Shown here piece by piece: positions 37,248 to 48,803 of a stretch of 64,000 bases of DNA. The notes beneath the pieces were generated by a model. It worked only from the letters and a program-made list of their open reading frames with translations, did no database searches and was not told the DNA's origin. Source of the DNA: Cladosporium halotolerans (taxonomy: Eukaryota); the NCBI RefSeq assembly GCF_011745625.1, contig NW_027191468.1, forward strand, positions 1-64,000, read 5' to 3'. Positions within the stretch are counted from its first letter, which is position 1. Each line of letters starts with the position of its first letter. A program made the translations under genes and the position numbers.

Positions 37248-37860
37248 GGCGATTGTGCTGGTGGGCTGGGAGGAGGTAGTCAGTGAGGTGTTGGGAGAGG
37301 AATTGGAGAAGAAATATAGGAAGACCTACGAAATTTCTCAGTTGAATGTCAGGACACAATGGTTGTGTTTGTATTCAAAGAGGATGGAAGGGTCTTATCG
37401 GAAGCGATCGTCACTGAGTCAATAAAGAAGCGGATAAGAAACGCCCACCAGCGGATTTCCCTGTGGCGGTGCTTTCTGCTGTGAAACCCCGCCATTTGCC
37501 CTGCCACACGCGACTCGACCCCTCCACGAACGTCACTCTTCAAGGTTGATAAGAATCCACATGCGACGACTTTCACATGCTAGTAACCAGCTGGTGAGAG
37601 ATTCTTGTAACTGGCAGCGGCTTTCTCTTCACAGCTCATTAAAACCATCAACCTTGGTTGCCGGTAACATTCAGCGGAGAAAGAAGCATCATATCAAAGC
37701 CAGCAAACAAAACGAATCCCGTCAACAGCTACCGAGCCTTGCTAGACAACCACAGCCGACTTTGGATTGCAACCGCTCACGCCGACCGTACCCCAAGCAT
37801 TCCGCACAATCACTGTCGCGACTTCCCCGCTCTAACAGACCCCTCACCAACCACCCCAAG

Positions 37861-38746
37861 ATGCCTCCCACCATCTCCCTCTCCGAGATCCCCACCCTAA
37901 CCCTCCTATACACCACCAACCGCCTCGCCCCATCAGACACCAACCAATCAAATGCAACCAGCACATACAACGACAAAATCTCCCTCATCCGCACAGACAT
38001 CACCAAACTCCAAACCGCCGCCATCGTCAACGCGGCCAACGAATCGCTCCTCGGCGGCGGCGGCGTCGACGGCGCAATCCACCGTGCCGCCGGACCCTCA
38101 CTCCTCGAGGAATGTGAAACGCTCAACGGCTGCGCGACAGGCGACGCCAAAATCACCGCCGCGTACGACCTGCCGTGCGACAAAGTCATCCATGCCGTGG
38201 GGCCCGTGTACGCTCGCGCGAAGCGCGCGGGCGCGCACACGCGGCTGCTGCAGAGCTGCTACACGCGGAGTCTGGACCTTGCGGTCGAGCACGGTTGCAG
38301 GAGCGTGGCGTTCAGCGCGCTGAGTACGGGCGTCTATGGGTATCCGAGTGTGGAGGCGGCGGAGGCGGCGATTGGGGCTGTGAAGGGGTGGTTGGATGCT
38401 GACGGGGAGAGGAGTGCGAAGATCGAGAGGATTGTGTTTTGTAGCTTTTTGGAGAAGGACGAGAGGGCTTATGAGGAGTTTATCCCGTGAGTTGAAGCCT
38501 GTTCGTGTAGGACAGAGGGCGACTGGCGACTGAAGCTGACTGGATCGCAGACAATTCTTCCCTCCAGCATCCGAGGATCCAGGTGCCGGAGATGAGGCTG
38601 GCGATGAATTAATGACGAAAGACAGCGAAGAGACGCCTGATCTCCCTGATGTGCCGACACAGGAGCCTGCGGAAGCCGGCCAGCCTGATGCCAAAAAGCG
38701 CAAGGTGGATGAAGAGGAAACCGGCGTCAAAGCAAAGGCAAAGTAG
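37861..38746 (+). CDS. macrodomain ADP-ribose glycohydrolase (MacroD type)
   Basis: [45 protein letters not shown]; intron 38487-38550; exon 2 ends [20 protein letters not shown]. An in-frame upstream ATG exists at 37561. Confidence 0.92.
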
Positions 38747-38916
38747 GCCCATTCTTTTCCCACTTCGAGTGCGGCTTGAAGGACAGCAAATACAGAAGAG
38801 CTCTCAACCTGAGCGTTAGCATACCTATGATACCCAACTGCAAAGTTGATTTTGTTGAATGAACTTCGCTGAACGCTAAACGAATTGCTCACTGTTGATG
38901 CCAGGCCTCAAACCCT

Positions 38917-39435
38917 TCAAAATCTGTCTCGCATCTCTTGCATGGGGCCGCCGTCCAATGGAGCTGGTCGGGTGCCTGTAATGTACGGGTCGTGTCGTGC
39001 TTGGACTCCTGTCGGATGGCTTTCTGAGTAATTTGCATGAGGAGCGTAGACCCCGTATCCTGAATTTGAAGTTTCGTTGATACCGGAACCATTCGTAGGA
39101 GCTACATCTTGGGTCGCTGATAACGACGTCGACGTCTGTTGTTTGCCCCGTTTGCCTTTCCCTCGTGCACCAGCTTTGGAGGTCCCTGAAGAGGTAGATT
39201 CGGGGCGTACTCGCTTTGGTCGACCAGCTCTCGGCTGGACAACAACAGCCTTCATCAAAGCATCGAGGTCCGCGTTCTCAGGACACCGCGCTTTAGACCT
39301 CTTGACGAGCCATTCGACAGCTTTCGGACTGATATTCAGCTGCTTGGCCACTTCGCTTTGTTTCATTCCAACATGGACAACATTGAAGATAACGACATGG
39401 CGCTTCCAGAGCGCTATTTCAGGGCCTCTCGCCAT
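38917..39435 (-). CDS. small helix-turn-helix protein resembling the Tc1/mariner transposase DNA-binding domain
   Basis: MARGPEIALWKRHVVIFNVVHVGMKQSEVAKQLNISPKAVEWLVKR..QPRAGRPKRV; good start context (GACATGG); intact ORF of about 172 aa. Confidence 0.6.
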   Translation of the reverse strand: MARGPEIALWKRHVVIFNVVHVGMKQSEVAKQLNISPKAVEWLVKRSKARCPENADLDALMKAVVVQPRAGRPKRVRPESTSSGTSKAGARGKGKRGKQQTSTSLSATQDVAPTNGSGINETSNSGYGVYAPHANYSESHPTGVQARHDPYITGTRPAPLDGGPMQEMRDRF

Positions 39436-39690
39436 GTCGGTTTGAGGTCGTTCCAAGTGATACCGACAGAGCAGTGACTTGTTGGAGTATGTATATGGAT
39501 CGAGTGAGCGCGAAAGAAGCGACGGGAGCTCCCGTGGCGATCAAGCCGAGTGGCGCGCGCCTCGGTTGCGCGAACCCTAAATCTGACGCAGGGCCAAAAA
39601 GTTCAGAAATTTGGCCGGTGCAACTGCTACGAGACGGACCCTCCTACACCACACGCTTGGGTTTGAAACCCTCGAGAAAAATCCCCAGCA

Positions 39691-41319
39691 ATGGCTTCTA
39701 TGATCACAGCCACGGCCTGGGTGCCGCGTGGCCACGCCGCTGCATACCCGACAAAATATGAGTTCGACGAGGAGGAATATGCGCGCATCTCGAAGCTCGC
39801 CAAAATGGAGCTCGAGGATGCGCAAGAGGATTTGGAGGAAGCTAGGGCGGCGCTGGAGCAGCCTGGCGATGGCAAAGCCTCTGCGACAAAAGCTAAGAAG
39901 GAAGAGAAGGACGAGGATGACCAGCTTGACGAGGACGACGATCTGAAGGAATACGACATGGAACACTATGACGACGACGAGGAAGAAGAAGCCGGAAGCC
40001 AGGACGGCGAGGATGGTGGTCTTTTTGGAAACATCAAGTCCCTGGCCTACCACGCCGACAACAAGGACGACCCTTACATCACACTCCAAGAAAACGAGGC
40101 ATCCGACGACGAGGAGAGAGAAGAGCTGCAAATCATGCCTACAGACAACATGGTGCTTGCCGCAAGAGTGGAGGACGAAGTGGCGCATTTGGAGGTTTAC
40201 ATTTACGAGGACAACCACGACAACCTCTACGTTCACCACGATGCCATGCTGCCGGCGATTCCTCTCTGCGTCGAATGGCTGAGCGCGCGCCCCAACGAGA
40301 CTGGCGGAAGAGGCAACTTTGCGGCTGTTGGAACGATGGACCCGGATATCGAGCTGTGGGACCTTGATGTCGTCGACAGCATGTACCCTACCACTGTCCT
40401 CGGCCAGAGCTCGCAACCCACGCTGCCCATGCCCGAGAAGAAGAAAAAGAAGAGCAAAAGCACGAAGGCCAACGACGCATACCACGTGGATGCCATCCTC
40501 TCGCTCGCCGCCAACAGGCAACATTCCAACTTGCTCGCCAGTGCTTCCGCCGACAAGACCGTCAAGCTCTGGGATCTCAACACCTGCACCGCAGCCCAAT
40601 CATACTCCCACCACACCGACAAGGTCTGCGCTCTGTCATGGCACCCAACACAAGCCTCCGTCCTGCTCTCCGGCTCCTACGACCGCACCGTCGTCGCAGC
40701 CGACATGCGCGCACCCGAAGCCAAAGTCCCCCGCTGGGGCGTCGAAAGCGACGTCGAGCAAGTGAAGTGGGACCCGACGAACGAGCACATCTTCTACGTG
40801 AGCACGGAGAACGGCATCCTGCACTGCTACGACACGAGGCAGCTGCCCGCGACGCCCGAAGACTCCAAGCCGACCTGGCGCCTGCAAGCGCACGAGAAGA
40901 GCTTGAGCTCCTTCTCCGTCAACCCCGTCGTCCCCGGCATGATCGCTACCGGCAGCACCGACCGCACCGTCAAGCTCTGGAGCATCACCGACGACGCCGG
41001 CCCCAGCCTGGTCGCCTCGCGCGACCTGGGCGTTGGTAAGGTCTTCTCCGCCAATTTCGCGCCGGACAAGGAGGTTGCGTTCCGTCTCGCGGTCGCCGGC
41101 AGCAAAGGCGCGGTCCAGGTTTGGGACACGAGCACCAACAGAGCCGTCAGGGAGAACTTCGCCACTCGCGCGAGGCTGCCTGCTGCGGACGCTGATGTCA
41201 AGGAGAGGCTCGTGGGTCTCGAGCTTGACAATGAAGAGGAGGAAGAGGAGCAGGAGGCTGCTGAGGCGGCGCAATCTGGTGCTGGCGCGGGAGACTGGGA
41301 GAGCATGGATGAGGATTAG
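39691..41319 (+). CDS. PWP1: periodic tryptophan protein 1 (WD40, ribosome biogenesis)
   Basis: MITATAWVPRG, acidic N-terminus, DPYIT, LYVHHD, AAVGTMDPDIELWDLD, WD repeats. Confidence 0.95.
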   Translation: MASMITATAWVPRGHAAAYPTKYEFDEEEYARISKLAKMELEDAQEDLEEARAALEQPGDGKASATKAKKEEKDEDDQLDEDDDLKEYDMEHYDDDEEEEAGSQDGEDGGLFGNIKSLAYHADNKDDPYITLQENEASDDEEREELQIMPTDNMVLAARVEDEVAHLEVYIYEDNHDNLYVHHDAMLPAIPLCVEWLSARPNETGGRGNFAAVGTMDPDIELWDLDVVDSMYPTTVLGQSSQPTLPMPEKKKKKSKSTKANDAYHVDAILSLAANRQHSNLLASASADKTVKLWDLNTCTAAQSYSHHTDKVCALSWHPTQASVLLSGSYDRTVVAADMRAPEAKVPRWGVESDVEQVKWDPTNEHIFYVSTENGILHCYDTRQLPATPEDSKPTWRLQAHEKSLSSFSVNPVVPGMIATGSTDRTVKLWSITDDAGPSLVASRDLGVGKVFSANFAPDKEVAFRLAVAGSKGAVQVWDTSTNRAVRENFATRARLPAADADVKERLVGLELDNEEEEEEQEAAEAAQSGAGAGDWESMDED

Positions 41320-41605
41320 AATCTTCTTCTTTATAATACCACTTGAACATTGAACGCACGATTTCATATAACCTAGATCACATGATGTGCCCTAACTCTG
41401 TTCCATCGTGATGATGCAAACAGTATCTCTCACAGTTTCATCGCTACGCGCCCGCTGCAAAACAAAACGTATTCGATCTGAGATAATGTTCTGCCAATAG
41501 AGGCAAGCTATGTCTTGTGATATCTGCATAGTCCGAAATTGAACGTTCTGACATACAAACAGTGAAAGTCGTACATCATGACCCGTCGTACTATCCCCTT
41601 CCCTC

Positions 41606-44600
41606 TCACGCAAGCAACAACTTATAGCTCGCCACCTCAAAAGCCCTCAACTCAATCTCCAGCCCTTCCTTAGTCAACTCGAGCTGCTCAATCTCATCCT
41701 CGAGCAAATTGCACTTCCAAGCTTTCTTGACCTCCACGTTACCCATGGAAATCGTGCCCCTGCTCGTGCCGCCCAAGCTGTCGTAGACCCTCAGAATAAC
41801 ATGCCTCCCCTTCTTGGGCGGCATATCGCCGTTCGACGCATCCTCGTCGTCCTCACCGCGCTTGACGGCATCCACGACAAGGCTCTTAGACGAGTCTCCC
41901 GTCAGCTTGAAAGCAGACAGGAGCTGCTTAGCAGCGCCCGGAGACGGGTGCGAAGCGATACGGACGGGGTAGTTGAACTCGAAGCCCGCGCGGACGGTGC
42001 GCTCGTCGAGCGGGCCGGCGTGCGGCATGACGGCCCACTTGATGTGGTGGCGGCCCATGTCTGCGTGGGCGTCGGGGGCCTTGGGGGCGCGCAGCAGGCT
42101 CAGGCGCATGAGGCTGCCGCAGGTGGCGAAGCCGTACTTGCTGTCGTTCAGCACGCTGACGCCGTAGCCGTTCTCGCTGAGGTCGGCCCACTTGTGGCAG
42201 CAGACTTCAAACTTGGCCATATCCCAGGAGGTGTTGTAGTGGGTCGGGCGGCGGACGATGCCGTACTGCGTCTCGTAGGAGGCCTCCGTGTTGGTGATGG
42301 TGGTGGGGAATTCGACCTTGAGGAACTTCATGGTCTCGCGCCATTCAACTTCGGCCGCTACCTCGACCATGGAGGGGGATGTGGTTGTGGCGGAGAGGGA
42401 GATGGTGGTCTCGATCCAAGACTTGTCGGAGATCTTGGTGGTGGTCGAGACTGATGACCGGTGTGCATCGCTCTGGGTGATCGTGGAGGGGCCAGAGGCG
42501 TGTAGCTCTTTGCGTGACTCAAGATGGAAGACTTCCACGTCCCATGCTTGCCAGTAGAGCGGCTTGTCGTCGAACAGGACTAGCTGGTTTGCCTTGCCTC
42601 CCTTTGGCAATACCTCACGCTTGGCTTTGATGTCGTACAGGCTGGTGATGACACCGTTGTGCACCTTGATGCGCAGGTGATTGTTTTCAAGAACGAAAAC
42701 GCCAGGCTCAACCTCTTGGACAGGCTTGCAGTGCTTATCATCCTCGCTCATGGCGTGAAGGTCCATGATACCGCTTTGATCGCGGACAACGACCGGCTCA
42801 GTAGCACCACGTCCATCCGGCACATCCAAGACTTCGTTGCGAGACCATCCAAGTGTGCTGAGACCCACCAGATTCTCTTTTGAGCTGCTAAGGTTGTGCT
42901 CAAATCCAAGTGCGTCAAGTGCATCATTCAGGAGCTTCTTGCCGGTGTCAAAGACCTTCGCATAGAGCTCGTCGGAGTCGTCATAGCACATCTCGATGCA
43001 GCTTCCCGGAAGGCAATCGTGGAATTGGCAAAGCAACACATTCTCCCACATAGAGTCGATACCTTCCTTCGGGTACTTGTAGCCACACTTGCCACCGATC
43101 GTTGCGAGCGTGGCAAAGTACTCGATATCGTGCAGCAGAATCTCCGAATGGCGATTGTTGCGCTTGTTGTTGGCTTGAGTGGTGTACGTGCCACGGTGCA
43201 GCTCGAAGTAAAGCTCGCCGTACCATGTGCAGAGATCGATTGTACCGTTTGCCTGCTTCTTCTCGATGCGGGCAAAGAAGTCGTCAACGGAGTCGCCCAT
43301 CTTCACACGTGGCAGAAGGCCGACCTTGTCGCTCATGCCACGAGCGCGCCGCAGCTTCTCAATGTGGCCGAAAGTCGGTCCTCCACCTCCGTCGCCTTTG
43401 CCAAAGACGAGCAGACTTGAAGGATCCTGGTCCATAGACTTGTGTTGAGTCTCGCTGCGGCGGACATCGCCAAAGTGTGCCTCCGCAGTGTATGTTTCGG
43501 CCGGGGCCATGTGGCAGATGACTTGGCTGCCGTCCAGCGACACCCAGTTGAATGTGGTGTGCGGGAAGTTGTTGATATTGTTCCAGCTAAGCTTCTGCGT
43601 GAAGAAGCGAGTCATGCCAGCTAGGCGACAGAGTTGAGGAAGCTGAGTAGAGTAGCCGAAGGTGTCTGGCAGCCAGAATGTTGTCGAGCGCTGGCCAAAC
43701 CGGCTTTCAAAGTAGCGTTGGCCGTAGAGAAACTGACGCACAAGCGACTCTCCAGACGGCATGTTGGTGTCATGCTCAACCCATGAGCCGCCAATCGGTT
43801 GGAAGTTGCCCTTCTTGACATGGGACTTGACACGGTCGAAAGCATAAGGGTAGTACTTCTCGAGCCATTTGTATTGCTGCGCCTGCGATGCACAGAAGCG
43901 ATGCTCCGGGTAGCGATCCAGGAGATCGCATTGGTTAGACCAGCTTCGCGCAATCTTTCGCTTCGTCTCAGCCCATGGCCATAGCCAGCAAGTGTCGATG
44001 TGGCAATGGCCGATACCCGTGATGAGTTCTGGGTTGTCGTTTTCATACACTTTGGCGCTGTCAATATCATTTCCGAGGTAACGTTTCGCGATCTCTCTGC
44101 AGTCTTTGATGGCACCATTGCTGCCTTCTCCTTTGATGAAACAGTCGATGATATCGTTGCACACTTGAAGTGCTTGATGCTGCTGCCAGCTATCCTCTGG
44201 GAACTCGCGAGCGGCATCGCCAATGATCCAGAAGTCGAAGTACAGTGCCCGTGCATCGAGGTTGACACTCACAAGATCCGCTGTTTGTAACCTGAAGTAT
44301 TTGTCGGGTCTGGGTGGCTGGATGCTATCTCCGCCTGGGGCGTTGCCAAACATGCCATTGCACGCCATTTCGATATAGATTGTGTGCCATTTGTTGTAGT
44401 CGCGCCACTCGAGAGGCACAATCCATTCGATTCGCTCGCCTCCGCCAGTCAAGCCTTGTAAAGGCCGACCGTCGTCCGTCCAGACGAGACCTTCATTGTT
44501 CGCATCCCAGTGCAGTTCCACTTGGGACTTGTATGTCCATTCGTACGGCAGCTTGAACTGCACCTTGAACCAGTGCGTGCTCCAGCTTGGACCGAACGAT

Positions 44601-44896
44601 TCGCCAACTTGTGTCTTCCGATATACGTTCTCTTTCTTGGTTGCCTCTTTGAAGGTGGGGCGGGTCAGGTCGGGAGCATCCCATACCGAAAGCTTGATGT
44701 GATCATCGCCAGACAGTCGACCGTCATAGAGCTTCGCCAACAAGCCTTGCTCCCTGTACTGGCCGTTGTCTGTGAATTGACGCAGACGGTCGCGATAGAT
44801 GTGGTGGATCTGTTGGCCAACGGGCCTGATCGCCAGCTGCGGATAAGCCGAACCCGCAAGGGAGTGCGCCATGTTACGGTGTGTCTCGCCGCCCAT
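41606..44896 (-). CDS. AMS1: alpha-mannosidase, GH38 (Ams1/MAN2C1 type)
   Basis: 1096 aa; FGPSWSTHWF, GHCHIDTCWLWP, WLPDTFGYS, ELYFELHRGTYTTQ, QFHDCLPGS. Confidence 0.96.
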   Translation of the reverse strand: MGGETHRNMAHSLAGSAYPQLAIRPVGQQIHHIYRDRLRQFTDNGQYREQGLLAKLYDGRLSGDDHIKLSVWDAPDLTRPTFKEATKKENVYRKTQVGESFGPSWSTHWFKVQFKLPYEWTYKSQVELHWDANNEGLVWTDDGRPLQGLTGGGERIEWIVPLEWRDYNKWHTIYIEMACNGMFGNAPGGDSIQPPRPDKYFRLQTADLVSVNLDARALYFDFWIIGDAAREFPEDSWQQHQALQVCNDIIDCFIKGEGSNGAIKDCREIAKRYLGNDIDSAKVYENDNPELITGIGHCHIDTCWLWPWAETKRKIARSWSNQCDLLDRYPEHRFCASQAQQYKWLEKYYPYAFDRVKSHVKKGNFQPIGGSWVEHDTNMPSGESLVRQFLYGQRYFESRFGQRSTTFWLPDTFGYSTQLPQLCRLAGMTRFFTQKLSWNNINNFPHTTFNWVSLDGSQVICHMAPAETYTAEAHFGDVRRSETQHKSMDQDPSSLLVFGKGDGGGGPTFGHIEKLRRARGMSDKVGLLPRVKMGDSVDDFFARIEKKQANGTIDLCTWYGELYFELHRGTYTTQANNKRNNRHSEILLHDIEYFATLATIGGKCGYKYPKEGIDSMWENVLLCQFHDCLPGSCIEMCYDDSDELYAKVFDTGKKLLNDALDALGFEHNLSSSKENLVGLSTLGWSRNEVLDVPDGRGATEPVVVRDQSGIMDLHAMSEDDKHCKPVQEVEPGVFVLENNHLRIKVHNGVITSLYDIKAKREVLPKGGKANQLVLFDDKPLYWQAWDVEVFHLESRKELHASGPSTITQSDAHRSSVSTTTKISDKSWIETTISLSATTTSPSMVEVAAEVEWRETMKFLKVEFPTTITNTEASYETQYGIVRRPTHYNTSWDMAKFEVCCHKWADLSENGYGVSVLNDSKYGFATCGSLMRLSLLRAPKAPDAHADMGRHHIKWAVMPHAGPLDERTVRAGFEFNYPVRIASHPSPGAAKQLLSAFKLTGDSSKSLVVDAVKRGEDDEDASNGDMPPKKGRHVILRVYDSLGGTSRGTISMGNVEVKKAWKCNLLEDEIEQLELTKEGLEIELRAFEVASYKLLLA

Positions 44897-46661
44897 GTTT
44901 GCGGATTTCGAACGAGCAAGGAGGCAGCCTTAAAGTAGGGTAAGAGTATAGCAAGGTCAGGTTGGTAGTACACAGGTACAGTAGCATGTGTACCTGAGTT
45001 ACAAGGTACGCTGCAGCAGCTTTCCCCACAGCCCCAGCCCTCCAGCTCTCCGCATGATCTCATGAATGGGAGTCTGTGCAACTTGCTGCCGTGCGCGAGC
45101 CGCGCAAGCCCACCACTCTTGAAACGTTCCAGGGCGATATGGATACTGGCCTTGCTGCTTGTATGGAACCCTCATGCCTTGCCTCGACGTGTCTCTCAAC
45201 CTCCTTAACCATATCTGGCACTTGAACGAGGAAAGGAGATGGCCAGATGGCTCACTTGGGTACAATATGCCGCAGCAGCATTGACAATAATACCAAGTCA
45301 CCAACGTCTGAAGGAACCTTACCTATAGCACCTGCTCCCGACACATGATCTTGTCATGCGATTGATGTGCGCTACATCCGTAGTTGCGAGGCCGATCTTG
45401 CTGCAGTAGTCCAGGTGCCCAAAGAGCGCACATGTCCAGCACCGGGTCTTGCAGCCTACCTACTACGAGGTCGAAGACTTCACGACCGCGACGGATGCAA
45501 CAAGCAGGGGTCTCGCCTAAGACGCCACGGTCACATTGCCCTTGTCCGTCTGGCCGACACGTGTGTGCAAGCTGGTTGCCTTTGTGGGACGTCGTGCGGC
45601 AGTTCGTCAAGTCCTTACCATCGGATAGGCCGGCATCTCGCCTGCTCTGATCACCTGGGGCGTCCCTTAGTTTGAATTCACTTGTGAGCTGAAGGTGTGA
45701 TGGGTGAGGTGATGCGGAATGGCAAGCTCTGTGCCGGTGAGCTTGACGCAGAGTCCTTTCGCGCAACGATTTCGAGAAGTCTGACAGGGAATCCCAGCAA
45801 GAGGTCTGGGCTTCATGAGGTTGACGAAAATAAATTAAGGTAGACGCAATGCTCGAGAAACGAAGGCATCGGCTTCACTTGGGCAGTCACTGCAATTCCG
45901 TTAGCGCAGGGATCTCTGTTTCAGCCGGAGGCCCACTGCGATTTGGCGTTTAGCGCCTTGCAAAGCCCAATCAATCGAGCCACCACCGTTATCCAGCGAT
46001 CACCCTCCTACCCACCGGTGGTGAAACGATCCCCACCGCGGCAGCACTCTTGTGGTCTTTGTTCGAAAGCTGCTGGCCTGTGTTCCCATTGGCCCGTGGG
46101 ACGACGTGATCTTCACGGCGCGCCTAGTCCCGTACGCCAGGACCAAGCGACGCAGGAGCCGACCCCAAGACATCCCTTTTCACGGCTGTCTCATATCCGT
46201 GATGTGCGCGGCGAGCGTCCTGTGCCATCCGACTGGCTCTGCAGGCCTGAGACGTTCTCTGCATAACCAGGACCGCCCTTGGCCATGCTGCCGTTTCTTC
46301 TCCGCCCTGGCCTTTCACGGCGAATGCCCCGACTTCAGTGCTTCAAGGCTCCGGCGGCTTGACGTCCCTAGCCGCAAAAGCGGATGCACTAACAGCCTCA
46401 GGACAAATGAGACCTAGATGACTGTCTGGACAAGCCCTGCTAGCATGTAGCCTCGCTGCCGGCCGCGTGGTGTGGCCTCTGGGGCACCCAAGTGCACAGG
46501 CGGCGTTTGCATGGTGGCAGGGTGGTGTATAAGGTGGAGTGCTCTTCTTTTGACGTTGATCTGGGTCCTTGCAACGCGTTCTCTTTCTAGATACCCCTTC
46601 CATTTCTTCTTTTTCCTTCCCACTGCGTCTTCACGCACAGTCACTCCTTGGATTCTTCAAC

Positions 46662-48119
46662 ATGTTCTCTTTCGCATTCATTACTGGCCTCGCATTTCTG
46701 AGCACCACTGGTTGGGCTCAATACGTGCTTGAGGACGATTACACATCAAACGGCAACTTCTTCGACCAGTTCAACTTCTTCAATGACTCTGACCCGACCC
46801 ATGGCTTCGTCGATTACGTCGACAAGGACTATGCTTGGAATGCTGGACTGATCGGGAATGACTATGGGAAGGTCTACATGGGCGTAGACCACACCGGTAT
46901 CGCCTCGAAGCATGGACGCCCGGCCGTGCGCATTGAGAGCACGAAGACGTACGATTCCGGCTTGGTCATTATTGACGTCGAGCACATGCCTGGAGGAATC
47001 TGTGGAACTTGGCCTGCATTCTGGATGGTCGGCCCCGACTGGCCCGACAACGGCGAGATAGGTAAGTCCTTCGATCCCCGTGCGCATGCGTGCATGTAGA
47101 TACTGATAAATACAGACATTCTCGAGGGCGTCAACGATCAGACTTGCAACGACATGACATTGCACACCGGCCCTGGCTGCAGCATCTCTCGCCATACCGA
47201 CATGCTTGCCAGCGTATCAACTGACAACTGCGATGTCAAAGCAGAGGGCCAGAGCGACAACCAAGGCTGCCAGATCAAAACGGATGACCCAAGGTCCTAC
47301 GGCAAAGGCTTCAACGACAACGGAGGCGGCGTATACGCTACCGAGATCATGGAGTCGTTCATCAACATCTTCTTCTTCCCGCGAGGCTCTATTCCTTCCG
47401 ATATCTCAAGTTCTTCACCGGATCCCTCCAGCTGGGGCAAACCGACGGCAGTGTTCATGGGCGACTGCGACATTGCCCAAACTTTCAAGAAAATGCAGCT
47501 CGTTTTCACAAACACATTCTGCGGAGACTGGGCCGGCAATACTTGGGACCAAAGTTCGTGCGCATCGGAAGCCGACTCTTGCGACGATTACGTCCAGAAC
47601 AACCCTGAGGCTTTCGAGGACGCTTACTGGAGCGTCAACTCACTGAGGGTGTACAAGCACGGCAAGCCCTACGTGAGCTCGACGGCGACCACTTCGGAGA
47701 GAACGAGCTCCAAGATGTCCCACACAGCGCCTGTTCCTTACTCGTCTGAGGCTTCCAATTCGAGCATGACCAGTCTAGTATACTCCACCAAGGGCACCGG
47801 CATTCCCATGCCCAGCGGCGTGCCCGAATATGGGCCGTATGGCGGAAACCATGGAAACTCGGGCAAGGGCGCATCCCCGACAGCTGCAGCAGAGGCTTCT
47901 CAAGGCTACGGTCTGGTACCCTCTCATCTTTTGCCGACCAACGTCAGAGTCGCTGCAACCGGGACGGCTGCCGCAGTTGCAGCTGAAATGAGTACGCAAG
48001 CGAGGCAGAGGCCAGAGGGCTGGCAATGGCGAGGTAGCAGCCGCCACAGGCACCACGGCGGCGACAAGACGGCAAGGCATCTCAGGCAGCACAAGAGGCA
48101 CGGAGGTCGTGGGCATTGA
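46662..48119 (+). CDS. secreted GH16 endo-1,3(4)-beta-glucanase
   Basis: Signal peptide MFSFAFITGLAFLSTTGWA; DPTHGFVDYV, GTWPAFW, catalytic EIDILE split by intron 47062-47115, FCGDWAG; Ser/Thr linker and basic His-rich tail. Confidence 0.93.
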
Positions 48120-48803
48120 ATTAAGGGTGGCGGTTTGATGGCGCGATCGCGCCCGTTTACTTTCTAGAATTGGCTGCATGTGCTGGCTGCATGTTCCATC
48201 CGTAAGACCGTGTCGTACAATATAGACTTTGCATGACGACCGTTTTCGCCTTGTTTTCTTGTTCCTCGTTTTGTCCTCCATCTGCACGACCACGAGACTC
48301 CAGGCGGCACGGCGATCCCTGCAGGCCCAGCCGAAACCGCCGATCTCACATGCCACATGCCTGCATTTCTTCGCTCGTCCTGCCTTGCAACTTCTGCCTC
48401 CACCACATCGAGCAAAATCACGACAGAGGCAAGAAGTGCTTGTATCCCTATAGCATCATTCAATATCCCTTGCATGCTTTCCTGTGAACGACGATCTTCA
48501 CCGACATCTCTAGAGGATTCCGAGTCAGGCGCTACAAACATCGCTTTGCCGCCGGCGCATCAAGCCCCGCTATAGGACAAGCAGATCGCTGCTGTCAATA
48601 GCGCATTACTGCCGCCTTTTACTCTGCCTTCACTCTCCTAGTTCTGGAAATCCACTGTTTACATCTCTCGGCTGTGGTGAATAGTCGCAAAGCGCACGGC
48701 AGAACCCCACCAAAACCGTACCCTCCCATACCCGATTGCATCACCAATTTCACAGTAGCCATCTTGGTGCAACGCCCGCACGTAACCAAAGACAAGATCC
48801 AAA

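Noticed and set aside
44897..46661. Short ORFs between AMS1 and the GH16 gene
   Set aside because: No motifs or codon bias; consistent with a divergent promoter/UTR region.
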